From Nitrospiraceae bacterium (lineage in GTDB: Bacteria; Nitrospirota; Nitrospiria; Nitrospirales; Nitrospiraceae): a stretch of DNA of 64,000 nucleotides. The notes under the pieces were generated by a model. That model saw nothing but the letters and a program-made list of their open reading frames with translations. It was not told the origin of the DNA and did no database searches. Location of the stretch: assembly GCA_037442105.1 (NCBI GenBank), contig JBBIQV010000009.1, positions 1-64,000 on the forward strand, in the 5' to 3' direction. Shown in pieces: positions 49,045 to 58,466 of the stretch. Position 1 is the first letter of the stretch. Every line of letters starts with the position of its first letter. The translations under genes and the position numbers were made by a program.

Positions 49045-49338
49045 ATGAAGCCTGCGGTTGTTCAGGATACGGCAAAGGGAGCCATCCTGACGATTCATAT
49101 CCAGCCGAAAGCGTCTCGCACCGAGTTGGCCGGTCTCTACGGAGAGGCGCTGAAGATTCGTGTGGCGGCGCCACCGGTCGAAGGAGCCGCCAATACTGAA
49201 CTCACCCGGTTCCTCGCAAAACAACTGGGGGTCGCTCAGAGCGCCGTCGAGATTTGCTCCGGTGCCGGTGCTAGGCACAAGCGGGTGCTGCTGAAGGGCG
49301 TGTCGAGCGAACGTGTGAGAAGCGCGTTCAACCTCTGA
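49045..49338 (+). CDS. DUF167/YggU family protein
   Basis: IQPKASR, LKIRVAAPPVEGAAN and G...RHK. Confidence 0.88.
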   Translation: MKPAVVQDTAKGAILTIHIQPKASRTELAGLYGEALKIRVAAPPVEGAANTELTRFLAKQLGVAQSAVEICSGAGARHKRVLLKGVSSERVRSAFNL

Positions 49339-49351
49339 AAAGGATCGAGCT

Positions 49352-49792
49352 ATGACGCGGAATCGATGGTTCCCGCTGGTGCCGCTGGCGCTGGTGCTGC
49401 TGCTCGGAGGTTGTTCCAGCGCGAAGCCGATCCTCTATCCCAATGCCCATCTGCAATCGGTCGGGAAGCAAGCGGCAGAGCACGACATCGAGGACTGTCA
49501 GAAGATGGCCGAAGCAGCCGGCGCGGAACAGAGCACTGGAAAAACAGGGCAAGTCGCTGGTAGTACGGCAGTCGGCGCAGGAGTCGGCGCTGCGAGCGGC
49601 GCAGTCGGCGGAGCCATCGTGAATGCTGCCGGCAGCGGGTCGGCGATCGGGGCGGCGAGTGGCGCCGTGTGGGGGCTGTTAATGGGACTGTGGCGTGCAG
49701 CGGCCGGGCCCTCCAAGCCGCCCCAGGCCTACACCAACTTTGTGAATCGGTGCTTACAGGAGAGGGGGTATGAAGTGACGGGCTGGAATTGA
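49352..49792 (+). CDS. Glycine-zipper lipoprotein
   Basis: Lipobox LGGC, GxxxG zipper and C-terminal CLQERGY. Confidence 0.85.
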   Translation: MTRNRWFPLVPLALVLLLGGCSSAKPILYPNAHLQSVGKQAAEHDIEDCQKMAEAAGAEQSTGKTGQVAGSTAVGAGVGAASGAVGGAIVNAAGSGSAIGAASGAVWGLLMGLWRAAAGPSKPPQAYTNFVNRCLQERGYEVTGWN

Positions 49793-49796
49793 GAGA

Positions 49797-50040
49797 TGGT
49801 GGAGCGCGACGGGTGGGCTTCGTGCTCGCGCACCCCGCATGCTCGGAAGCATGCTCGGTGGTCACGCGCAGTTGAAGCTCACCTGTCGGGCTCCACCAAG
49901 AGGGGCGCCAAGAAAGTAAGAGTGCTCGATCGACGCGCGCAATAGCGACCACCCCAATCTCCCCGTCACAAAGTGGTGTGAGGAAAAGAGAAGTGTTCGT
50001 TCGGCGGCCGCAGTTGGACGTGCTTTGGCTGCGAAACATG
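49797..50040 (+). repeat. Cluster of structured hairpin elements (one full copy, two half copies)
   Basis: Full hairpin at 49797-49898 (25-nt arms). Half copies carry GCTCGATCGACGCGCGCA and GTTCGTTCGGCGGCCGCA. Confidence 0.8.
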
Positions 50041-51144
50041 AAACCTCGCACAATCGGAAGGAAGCCGAATCGTTTCTCGGGCCGTTTCCTTCAGATTGGA
50101 AAAGTTCCGGTTGTCCTGCTTCGTCATTTGCTGAGGCGCTATGTTTCTGGTCATGCAGTGTCCCCGAGCAAGTCCAAACTGGTTGTCGGTCCCGGTATCG
50201 GCCTGGATGCCGCTGCGATTGACCTGGGCGACCGGTTTCTCATCGTCAAAACGGATCCCATCACCTTTGTGGCCGATGAGATCGGCCGGTATGTGCTGAC
50301 CATCAACGCGAACGACCTGGCGACGATGGGGGCGGCGCCTCGGTGGTTCCTCGCTACAATCCTGCTGCCGGGCGGGGCGACGACACCCGCCCATGTGTCC
50401 CGCATCTTCTCGCACGTCGATGCGGCCTGCCGGAATCTGAAGATTACGCTCTGCGGCGGACATACCGAGATTACCGATGCCGTGACTCGTCCCGTTGTCG
50501 TCGGGTGTTTGCTTGGAGAATGTCCCAAAGACAGGCTGATCACTACGGCTGGAGCCCGCGTCGGCGATGCCATCCTCCTGACGAAGGGCATTCCTATTGA
50601 GGCGGTCTCGATCCTGGCGCGCGATCGATCAACGGAACTCCGCCGCCGGTATTCGCCGTCTTTCGTGGCTCGCTGTCGGAACTATCTGAACAACCCCGGC
50701 ATTAGTGTGGTGCGGGATGCGGAGATTGCGTTGGCAGCCGGTGGAGTCCATGCCATGCATGACCCGACCGAGGGAGGATTGAGCGCAGCGCTCTATGAGC
50801 TGGCCGAGGCGGCCGGTGTCGGTGTGCTGGTAGAGGAGCGCGCCATCCGAATCCTTCCTGAGGGTGCAAAGCTCTGCGCGGATTTCGGCCTGAATCCCTT
50901 GGGTGCGATGGCGTCCGGCTCGTTGTTGATTTGCGCGAATCCAGCGCATGAGACCGCCATCCTTCGCCGGCTTGCTCGCGCTGGAATCGTCGCGACTCGC
51001 ATCGGTATTGTCGTACCGGCGCGGCAGGGAGTGAAAATGGTGACAGGCAACCGGAAACCACGACCCGTACCCCGCTTCGCCGTGGATGAACTCGCCAGAT
51101 TGTTCGGCACAAGCCGTGATGGGTCGAGACCACGCGTGCGTTGA
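50038..51144 (+). CDS. AIR synthase-related (PurM/HypE/ThiL-fold) protein
   Basis: GLDAA, KTDPIT, NANDLATMGA, GGHTE and HDPTEGGL. Confidence 0.85.
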   Translation: MKPRTIGRKPNRFSGRFLQIGKVPVVLLRHLLRRYVSGHAVSPSKSKLVVGPGIGLDAAAIDLGDRFLIVKTDPITFVADEIGRYVLTINANDLATMGAAPRWFLATILLPGGATTPAHVSRIFSHVDAACRNLKITLCGGHTEITDAVTRPVVVGCLLGECPKDRLITTAGARVGDAILLTKGIPIEAVSILARDRSTELRRRYSPSFVARCRNYLNNPGISVVRDAEIALAAGGVHAMHDPTEGGLSAALYELAEAAGVGVLVEERAIRILPEGAKLCADFGLNPLGAMASGSLLICANPAHETAILRRLARAGIVATRIGIVVPARQGVKMVTGNRKPRPVPRFAVDELARLFGTSRDGSRPRVR

Positions 51145-51182
51145 ACGACATTTCTGAGAAAATTTCGTCCGGGAGGAGAGCA

Positions 51183-51231
51183 TTGACTGAGAAGGTATCT
51201 TATCCTAAGCTGGTTGCGAAACATAGCAACC
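51183..51231 (+). promoter_or_regulatory. Sigma70 promoter plus inverted-repeat operator for the ArsR cassette
   Basis: TTGACT-17 bp-TAAGCT, immediately followed by GGTTGC-N8-GCAACC (51212-51231). Confidence 0.65.
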
Positions 51232-51249
51232 CCGAAACTTTGAGCGTTT

Positions 51250-51591
51250 ATGGAAACTCCTGGATCAGAGCACACCTTGTTCGAGCTTCACGCTGAAGTG
51301 TGCAAGATCTTCTCGCACCCCAAGCGGCTGCAGATTATTGAAGCGCTGGGGAGGGGAGAGCTGACAGTCAGCGAGGTTGTGGCTCGGTTGAGGCTTCCCA
51401 AAGCGAATGTGTCACAGCACCTCGCCGTCCTGCGCCAGAAGAAAGTGGTGGTGACCCGCCGGGACGGGCTCAGCGTCTATTACCGGATCGCCAATCCGAA
51501 AATTATCCAGGCATGCAATCTGATGCGGCAGGTTCTGGTCGAGCAGCTTGAGGCGGGTGAGCGGCTGGCGAAGCGGCTGAGGGAACGGTAA
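51250..51591 (+). CDS. ArsR/SmtB family transcriptional regulator
   Basis: CKIFSHPKRLQII, VSQHLAVLR and VYYRI. One Cys near each end. Confidence 0.92.
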   Translation: METPGSEHTLFELHAEVCKIFSHPKRLQIIEALGRGELTVSEVVARLRLPKANVSQHLAVLRQKKVVVTRRDGLSVYYRIANPKIIQACNLMRQVLVEQLEAGERLAKRLRER

Positions 51592-51663
51592 GTTTTTTTG
51601 CCCGGCAGTTGCAAGAATGCGAAACCACGTGATTTGCAGAAGGCCTCGTGCCGTGAGCAGCCG

Positions 51664-53997
51664 ATGACGGCAACGGACAAGACCGTCCCAGGCAGATCGG
51701 CGCGGGCAGTAGAAGCGACCCTCCGGTTGTGCGTGGATTTCCCACGGCTGACGATCGGCGTGATCCTTCTCCTCACCCTCTGGGCCGTCATCCAGTTGCC
51801 TAAGATCACCACCGACACCGATCCAGAAAACATGCTGGAACCGGACGCCTCCGTGCGGGTCTCCCACGAGGCCGCGAAGAGGACCTTCGGCATCCATGAG
51901 CTGATCGTCGTCGGTTTCGAAAGCGAGCGGGATCTTTTCAACGTCGAAGATCTCGCCAAGCTCTTCCGGATCAACCGCGAGGTCCTGAACATCAAGGGGG
52001 TCATCATTCCCGATGTCTTGAGCCTCGTGACCACCGACACGATGCGGAAGAGCGGGGACACCCTGGAGATTAGAAAACTCCTGGAACACCCACCCCAGAC
52101 GCAAGAAGAAGTTCAGCAGCTCAAGGAAACCCTGCTGGGCAATCCGCTGTTCCGGGAAAAGCTTATCTCCCAGGACGGGCGGCGGGTGGCCTTCTACATC
52201 CCCATCGAGCGGAAAGAGATCGCGGCGCGCGTCACCAAGGAGATTCAGACGCTGGTCGATAAGGAACCTGGGATCACTGCCAAGATCGCAGGGCTGCCCA
52301 TGGCGGAAATGGTCTTCGGCGAAGAGATGTTCATCCTGATGGGCGTGCTGTCTCCACTGGTGATGCTGGTCATTGCCGTGGGCTTGTGGATGCTCTTCAA
52401 GGATTGGCGGCTCATCGTGGCCCCGCTGATCGTCTCGATGCTGAGCGTACTCTGGACCATGGGGTTGTTGATCGGGCTCGGCTTGCCCGTCCATATCATG
52501 AGCTCGATGATCCCCGTCTTTCTGATGGTGACCGGCCTGGCCGACGGGATTCACATTCTCAGCCAGTTCTATGACGTCTACCCCCGCTATGGAGAGAAAC
52601 GGACGGCCATCCTCGAAACGATGAAGGAACTCTATTCGCCCGTGCTCTACACGTCCTATACCGTCATGGCGGGATTCGGATCGTTGTCCCTTGTCAACAT
52701 TCCGCCGGTCAGGATTTTCGGCCTGTTCGTCGCCATCGGGGTCTTTGCCGCCTGGGTCTTAACTGTGACGTTTCTCCCGGCATTCATGATGTTGCTCAAT
52801 GAAGACACGCTCAAGCGGCGCTGGCAGCATGAGGTGGCGGCCGGCGGCGTGCTGGTCAGAGTGGCCGACTGGCTGGGGCGCATGGGGATGACCAGGAGTT
52901 GGATGGTGCTGCTTGCCGGCGTCGTCGTCCTTGCGCTGGCCGCCTACGGTATGCAGCACAACTGGGTGAATGACGATCCGGTGAAGTGGTTCAAGGAGTC
53001 GAGCCCCATCCAGCAGGCCAACAGCCTCATGAACCAGCAATTCGGGGGCACCTACATGGCCTACCTGGTGGCGGAGGCGGATCAACCGGAAGCCGCGACG
53101 CGACCGGAGGTGCTCCACTATCTTGACGAGCTCCAGCGGGAGATCGGCCAGGATCCCAGGGTCGGCAAGAGCACTGCCCTGACGGACATCCTCCGGTGGA
53201 TTAACCGAGTCCTGACGGGACGAGACGAATTGCCCTCCAGCCAGGAACTGGCCGCACAGTATCTGTTTCTCTATCTCTCCTCCGGCGGCTCGCCTGATAG
53301 CTTGGACAATTTCGTGGACTACGGCTACCAGCGACTCAATATCTGGCTGCAACTGAAGACCGGAGACAACCGGGATATGGTTGAGGTCATGGAGCGGGTC
53401 AACCGCTATATCGCGGCGCACCCGCTCCCAGGGGTCCGTTTTGAGATGACCGGCCCGACGTACGTGAACGTGGTGTGGCAGCAGGTGATGGTCACCGGCA
53501 TGCTGGGCTCCTTCGCCGGCTCGGTCTTCACGGTCTTCCTGATCATGGCGATTGAGTTCCGGTCCCTGCTCTGGGCGCTAATCGGGGTCGTTCCGCTGCT
53601 CGCCACTATTTTCGTCTCGTACGGGGTCTTGTTTTTCATCGGCAAGGAGATTGATATGCCGATCGCGGTCTGTTCTTCGCTGGCCCTCGGGATCGGCGTG
53701 GACTTCGCCATTCATTTCATTTTCCGGTTTCGCGAGCGCTATCGGCAGGAGCGGGATCTCTCAAACAGCCTGCTCTGGACTTTCGGCGAACCGGCAGTCG
53801 GGATTTTCCGCAACGCGCTCATTCTCTTCCTGGGATTCGCGGTCATGCTTGCGGCGCCGCTCACCCCCTATGTGACGGTGGGCGGCTTTACCGCCATCGA
53901 CATGTTGGTGGGCGCCCTTGCTACACTGCTGATGCTGCCTGCCCTGATCGTGCTGCTGCAACGGGTGCTTCTTTCCAAGGAGAGCCGCTATGGCTAG
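51664..53997 (+). CDS. MMPL/RND-family lipid exporter
   Basis: Duplicated 1+5 TM architecture with two periplasmic domains, GLADGIH and GIGVDFAIH. Confidence 0.9.
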   Translation: MTATDKTVPGRSARAVEATLRLCVDFPRLTIGVILLLTLWAVIQLPKITTDTDPENMLEPDASVRVSHEAAKRTFGIHELIVVGFESERDLFNVEDLAKLFRINREVLNIKGVIIPDVLSLVTTDTMRKSGDTLEIRKLLEHPPQTQEEVQQLKETLLGNPLFREKLISQDGRRVAFYIPIERKEIAARVTKEIQTLVDKEPGITAKIAGLPMAEMVFGEEMFILMGVLSPLVMLVIAVGLWMLFKDWRLIVAPLIVSMLSVLWTMGLLIGLGLPVHIMSSMIPVFLMVTGLADGIHILSQFYDVYPRYGEKRTAILETMKELYSPVLYTSYTVMAGFGSLSLVNIPPVRIFGLFVAIGVFAAWVLTVTFLPAFMMLLNEDTLKRRWQHEVAAGGVLVRVADWLGRMGMTRSWMVLLAGVVVLALAAYGMQHNWVNDDPVKWFKESSPIQQANSLMNQQFGGTYMAYLVAEADQPEAATRPEVLHYLDELQREIGQDPRVGKSTALTDILRWINRVLTGRDELPSSQELAAQYLFLYLSSGGSPDSLDNFVDYGYQRLNIWLQLKTGDNRDMVEVMERVNRYIAAHPLPGVRFEMTGPTYVNVVWQQVMVTGMLGSFAGSVFTVFLIMAIEFRSLLWALIGVVPLLATIFVSYGVLFFIGKEIDMPIAVCSSLALGIGVDFAIHFIFRFRERYRQERDLSNSLLWTFGEPAVGIFRNALILFLGFAVMLAAPLTPYVTVGGFTAIDMLVGALATLLMLPALIVLLQRVLLSKESRYG

Positions 53998-54775
53998 ACA
54001 TGTTCTGCTGATGATGTTTGCGTTGGTCCTGGCCACAAGTGTTGCTGTTGGCGAGGATGCCGCTTCCGTGGTTCGCCGATCTCAAGAGGCATTCCACTCT
54101 GCCGGGATGGACCTTAGAGCTCGCGTCAAGATGACGCTGCTCACAAAAGAGGGCCAGCAGCGCCTCCGAGACCTCACGATGTTGAGGAAGAACGAGGCTG
54201 GAGGCGACCAGCGGTATTATCTGTACTTTCACGGGCCGGCCGATGTGCGAGGCACCGTGTTCATGGTCTACAAGTATCCAATGAAGGAAGATGACCGCTG
54301 GCTGTTCCTTCCGGCGCTGAACCTCGTCCAGCGCGTGGCGGCGCGCGATAGCCGCTCCAGCTTCGTGGGCTCCGACTTCTCGTACGAAGACGTCTCCGGC
54401 CGTGACGTGGAGGCTGATACCCACAAGGTGCTCCGAACGGAGGCGCTGGAAAACCGGCAGACTGTGGTCATCGAGAGCGTGCCGGCACGGGAGGCCGACT
54501 ACAGCAAGAAGCTCTCCTGGATCGAGCAGGCCACCTCCCTCCCGTTGAAGGAGGAGTACTACGACCTACAAGGGGCGCTGTACAAGATTTTCACGGCGGA
54601 CGAGATCCGGGAGGTGCAGGGATTTCCCACTGCCACGAAGCGGACCATGACCAATGTGAAGACTGGGCACAAGACGGAAGTGACGTTTGAGAACGTGGCC
54701 TACAACTTGGGACTCGGCGAGGAAATCTTCACCGAACGGGCGCTGCGGAAGCCTCCTGAAAAATGGCTCAAGTAA
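53990..54775 (+). CDS. LolA-like outer-membrane lipoprotein-sorting protein
   Basis: Signal peptide and PADVRGT..DDRWLFLPAL..SFVGSDFSYED. Overlaps the MMPL stop. Confidence 0.85.
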   Translation: MARHVLLMMFALVLATSVAVGEDAASVVRRSQEAFHSAGMDLRARVKMTLLTKEGQQRLRDLTMLRKNEAGGDQRYYLYFHGPADVRGTVFMVYKYPMKEDDRWLFLPALNLVQRVAARDSRSSFVGSDFSYEDVSGRDVEADTHKVLRTEALENRQTVVIESVPAREADYSKKLSWIEQATSLPLKEEYYDLQGALYKIFTADEIREVQGFPTATKRTMTNVKTGHKTEVTFENVAYNLGLGEEIFTERALRKPPEKWLK

Positions 54776-56088
54776 TCAGGGGGTCAGGAACCATTTGTGC
54801 GCAGCACCCTCCGGGCCGTCCCGGCAAATGGTTCCTGACCCCTTTCCTGCTCCTCTGTGTTCACGCCTTACCCCTCACCCCTTACGCCTCACCTGCTGTG
54901 GCCGAGGAACTCCCACTCCACGGTTTCTTACAGGCTAACTACTCGGCGCGGGTCACAGGGCTGCAGCCGCCCGGCCCGGAGAGCGGCGACCTTCTGTTTG
55001 GGGAGGAACGGCTCCAAGTAAGGCTGGATAAATCCGGCGAGAAGGGGCGGCTGTTTCTTCGAACCGATTTCTTCCACGACGCCGTCGCCAATCGACCCGA
55101 TCTCGAAGTGCGGGAAGCGTATGTGGATACCAGCATGGGGGGATCTGATGTGCGGGTCGGACGCCAGCTCCTGATCTGGGGAGTCGGTGATTACCTGTTC
55201 ATCAATGACATCTTCGCCAAGGACTGGGGTGCCTTCTTTTCCGGAAGACCCGTCGAGTATCTCCGCGTGCCCCAGGACACAGCAAAGTTGGATCTAAGTG
55301 CGGGAGGGATATCCGCCGAGATTGTCGCGATGCCGTTTTTTCAAGCCGACAAACTCCCCTCTCGCGACCGGTTTTATCAGTTTGATCCGTTTCCGGGTGT
55401 GGTACGGACCGAGCACAAGCCTGACATGAGGTACGGAAACACGGAGTGGGCCGCCCGGATTTACGGGAGCGCGGGGGGATTCGATACAGCGCTCTACCTC
55501 TACCACGGTTTCTTTCGCATGCCGGCGCTCCAGGCCAACCAAATGACAGCACCGACTCTGGTCACCGCAACATTTCCCAGGCTGGCGGTCTATGGCGCGA
55601 GCACAAGGGGCAATGCGTTGGGCGGCGTGGTGAGCGCGGAGGTCGGCTACTACGACTCGCTCTCGGATCGAAGCGGCCGTGATTCGGCGATTCCGAACAG
55701 TTCCTTTCGCTATCTGACGGGCTATCAACGGCAACTGTGGGAGGATTTCACAATAGGGCTGCAATATTACGGAGAGCTGATGCTCCATTATGATGCGTAT
55801 CGCTCCTCGGCGCCGTCCGGTTTTCCGCTCCAGGACCAGCACCGGCAGCTCATGACCCTCCGGCTCACGCAACTGTTCTGGAATCAGACTCTGCGGGTGG
55901 GCCTCTTCGCCTTCTACAGCCCGACCGACCAGGATTACTACCTGATTCCGGAAGTCCGGTATAGCGTCAGCGACAATCTGTGGGTGGCGGTCGTGGGGAA
56001 CATCTTCGGTGGGCGAAAGACCACCACTTTCTTTGGCCAATTCGATGCCGACGACAACCTCGCCGTCACGGTGCGGTATGAATTCTGA
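54763..56088 (+). CDS. Putative outer-membrane beta-barrel (DUF1302-like)
   Basis: VREAYVD, RVGRQLLIWG and C-terminal VRYEF. The N-terminal leader passes through a REP-like palindrome. Confidence 0.7.
   Translation: MAQVIRGSGTICAQHPPGRPGKWFLTPFLLLCVHALPLTPYASPAVAEELPLHGFLQANYSARVTGLQPPGPESGDLLFGEERLQVRLDKSGEKGRLFLRTDFFHDAVANRPDLEVREAYVDTSMGGSDVRVGRQLLIWGVGDYLFINDIFAKDWGAFFSGRPVEYLRVPQDTAKLDLSAGGISAEIVAMPFFQADKLPSRDRFYQFDPFPGVVRTEHKPDMRYGNTEWAARIYGSAGGFDTALYLYHGFFRMPALQANQMTAPTLVTATFPRLAVYGASTRGNALGGVVSAEVGYYDSLSDRSGRDSAIPNSSFRYLTGYQRQLWEDFTIGLQYYGELMLHYDAYRSSAPSGFPLQDQHRQLMTLRLTQLFWNQTLRVGLFAFYSPTDQDYYLIPEVRYSVSDNLWVAVVGNIFGGRKTTTFFGQFDADDNLAVTVRYEF
54780..54842. repeat. REP-like perfect 18-bp inverted repeat
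   Basis: GGGGTCAGGAACCATTTG (54780-54797) and CAAATGGTTCCTGACCCC (54825-54842). Confidence 0.85.
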
Positions 56089-56092
56089 CAGT

Positions 56093-56152
56093 AGCAAGTA
56101 GCACACAGCGAGTAGCAAACAGATCGGAGCTGTTCGCCATTAGCTATTTGCT
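56093..56152. repeat. Inverted 7-mer array (AGCnnnT type)
   Basis: agcaagt agcacac agcgagt agcaaac ... gttcgcc attagct atttgct. Confidence 0.8.
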
Positions 56153-56159
56153 CCATGCT

Positions 56160-56795
56160 ATGAGTTGGACGGTCTTTGAACAGCACGCGGAGGAATACGA
56201 CCGGTGGTTCGATGCGCACGAACCGATCTATCAGGCCGAGCTTGCAGCGCTCCGGAAGTTTGTCTCTACGACTGGCCTAGGCATAGAAGTCGGCGTGGGA
56301 ACCGGGCGGTTTGCGGTCCCGCTGGGTATCCGATATGGAATCGATCCGAGTCGGCGCATGCTGCGCATCGCTCGGCAGCGTGGCCTTCGAGTCTGCCAGG
56401 CGGTCGGAGAGCGGCTGCCTTTTCGAGACGATCAGTTCGAGCTGGTTCTGCTAGTTACCGTCATCTGTTTCGTGGACGATGTGCCGACCTTGCTCCGGGA
56501 ACTCGGTCGAGTGCTGAAGCCAGGTGGACAACTCATCATCGGTTTCATCAACCGGAACAGTGCGCTCGGGCGGTCCTATGAATCCCGGAAAAAGACAAGC
56601 GCGTTTTACCGGGACGCGCGGTTCTATTCGGTCGAGGATGTCACTGCCTGGGTCAAGGAAGCGGGGTTTGGCTCACTGCGATTCTGCGAAACTCTGTTGG
56701 GCGACCCAGAGGACCTTGGGGCGAGGGACCTGGAAGTTCGCGACGGCTACGGCGAAGGTGCGTTCGTGGTTCTCTCAGCGCGAAAGAGGGCGTGA
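56160..56795 (+). CDS. Class I SAM-dependent methyltransferase
   Basis: YDRWFD, EVGVGTGRF, GERLPF and RVLKPGG. Confidence 0.9.
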   Translation: MSWTVFEQHAEEYDRWFDAHEPIYQAELAALRKFVSTTGLGIEVGVGTGRFAVPLGIRYGIDPSRRMLRIARQRGLRVCQAVGERLPFRDDQFELVLLVTVICFVDDVPTLLRELGRVLKPGGQLIIGFINRNSALGRSYESRKKTSAFYRDARFYSVEDVTAWVKEAGFGSLRFCETLLGDPEDLGARDLEVRDGYGEGAFVVLSARKRA

Positions 56796-56933
56796 CGGTC
56801 CTAATACCGGCTGTAGTGCCGGAATCTGAGAAGAGCAAGTCGATCCTCACACTGGAGCGAACCAGGACGGCGAATGGGATATCTGAGAGTGACACAGCAC
56901 AAAGGCCATATGCGTCGATAACCGCGCCGTTCA

Positions 56934-56962
56934 TTGATTTGCGCGGCGGCGATGCCTATACT
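56934..56962 (+). promoter_or_regulatory. Sigma70 promoter giving a leaderless HEPN-MNT transcript
   Basis: TTGATT-17 bp-TATACT, 7 nt before the GTG at 56970. Confidence 0.6.
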
Positions 56963-56969
56963 CCCCGAC

Positions 56970-57352
56970 GTGAATCCCGACGCAGAGAAATGGAACGAGT
57001 TGGCCGGCTATGACTTGGTGACCGCCGAGGCGATGTTGGCTCCGGACGATATTTGTACGTGCTCTTTTGTTGCCAGCAGGCCGTCGAAAAACGACTGAAG
57101 GGCCTGATCGTAGACCGAACGGATGTCTTCCCGCCGCGAACCCATGATCTGAGCAGGCTGGCTGAGGCAGCCAAACTTCAGCTTGGAGAGGAGCAGGATT
57201 TGTTCCTTCGGAGGCTGACCAAGTACTATATCGGCACCCGTTATCCCGAAGAAGTGAGTCTGCTTTCCAGAGAGGCCACCCAAGAGGTGGCCACGCAGCT
57301 CTTGAAGCAAACGAAAGACGTGGTCACATGGCTCGAGACGTTGCAGAACTAG
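56970..57352 (+). pseudogene. HEPN-domain gene with a 1-nt frameshift
   Basis: Frame A from GTG 56970 gives MNPDAEKWNELAGYDLVTAEAMLA. Frame B from 57041 gives SGRYLYVLFCCQQAVEKRLKG..RTHDL..TRYP. One base is missing at about 57040. Confidence 0.8.
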
Positions 57353-57651
57353 AGGCGATCGCTCAGCGCACCCTCTCGCTGGTGCAGGCCCGTATTCCTA
57401 TTTTGCAAGCGTATGTGTTCGGATCGCACGTGGAGGGCACCGCCCGTGAGGACAGCGATATCGATATTGCAGCCTTCAGCCTCGCCGTCGACGTCATGAC
57501 CTTTGCCGAGCGGGCCAGCCTGAGCGCCCAAGTGGAACGGCAGATCGATGCGCCCGTCGAACTGCACCTCTTCGGAGCCAAGGATCTCGCCGAAGCCCGA
57601 CCCTCCAATTTCCTCGGGTATCTCCGTACGCACGGCAAGCGCATTGCGTAA
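57328..57651 (+). CDS. Minimal nucleotidyltransferase (MNT)
   Basis: FGSHVEGTAREDSDIDIA (GSx10DxD). Overlaps the HEPN gene. Confidence 0.88.
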   Translation: MARDVAELEAIAQRTLSLVQARIPILQAYVFGSHVEGTAREDSDIDIAAFSLAVDVMTFAERASLSAQVERQIDAPVELHLFGAKDLAEARPSNFLGYLRTHGKRIA

Positions 57652-57720
57652 CGCGAGGGCAAGAAAAGATTCTCAGTGCACACACAGAAAAGACTCCCGG
57701 TACATTTTCGGATATCGCCA

Positions 57721-57981
57721 TTACGCTGCCGGCACTTTCCCGATCTCCCAGCCAGGGAAAACCAGCACAGCCGGATGGCAACGTAAGGCCGTCGCAAGAA
57801 TCTTGGCGCGATCCACGCCGAGTCTGACGCGATCGTGTTCGATCCCGGACAGCGTCGCCTGAGGAATGCCGGTCCGTCGCGCCAATTCATTCTGACTGTA
57901 TCCCTGCAATTCACGAATAATCCTGACGGATTCTCCAACAGACACGGTAATCCTTTTGCGAGCCCGGCGGAACCCTTTCAT
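57721..57981 (-). CDS. Xre-family HTH antitoxin (HigA-like)
   Basis: SQNELARRTGIPQATLSGIEH. GGAGG RBS. Confidence 0.88.
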   Translation of the reverse strand: MKGFRRARKRITVSVGESVRIIRELQGYSQNELARRTGIPQATLSGIEHDRVRLGVDRAKILATALRCHPAVLVFPGWEIGKVPAA

Positions 57982-57982
57982 G

Positions 57983-58264
57983 TTATCTCCTCCGGTAGTC
58001 ATGCGCGGTGATGCTCATCACCTGGAAAATAAGATCGCTCGACAAGACGCCGTACATGACCCTGTACTGCAACCCCAGTCGAGATGATCGATAGCCGTTC
58101 CATTCCCCGAGTAAGGCCTCATCATGGAACCCCTTCATGAGGCGGAGCCCCGGCGGTCCTGAAAGCATGGCAATGTCCTTCCACTTCTCATAGCGCTTTA
58201 GAATCTCTCGCGGAAGCGCCGCCAGCTGCTTTTCCACTTTACGATGCTCATAGATCTCCCACAC
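57983..58264 (-). CDS. RelE/HigB-family mRNA interferase toxin
   Basis: HDEALLGEWNGYRSSRLGLQYRVMY, located upstream of the antitoxin. GTG start chosen from the promoter position. Confidence 0.85.
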   Translation of the reverse strand: MWEIYEHRKVEKQLAALPREILKRYEKWKDIAMLSGPPGLRLMKGFHDEALLGEWNGYRSSRLGLQYRVMYGVLSSDLIFQVMSITAHDYRRR

Positions 58265-58271
58265 GCGTCGA

Positions 58272-58301
58272 ATCGTAGCCATACCATATAAGGTATGTCA
58301 A
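58272..58301 (-). promoter_or_regulatory. Promoter and palindromic operator of the HigBA-like pair
   Basis: TTGACA-18 bp-TACGAT on the minus strand. A CATACC-N6-GGTATG palindrome (58280-58297) lies in the spacer. Confidence 0.65.
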
Positions 58302-58466
58302 GAGAGAGCGGTAAGGGGCCGAACATGCAGGCTCAGCTGCCCGCAGTCTATGTTCGCAATCATCGCGGCAAGGTCTCGACAACGATTCCCGGTACAGTTT
58401 CAGCTTCCCACGCCGCGCACCTTCGCTGCAAGGGTGAGCCATTCACAAGACGAGGTGGGAGCGATC

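Noticed and set aside
57030..57060. Programmed ribosomal frameshift in HEPN-1
   Set aside because: No slippery heptamer or homopolymer run at the frame junction.
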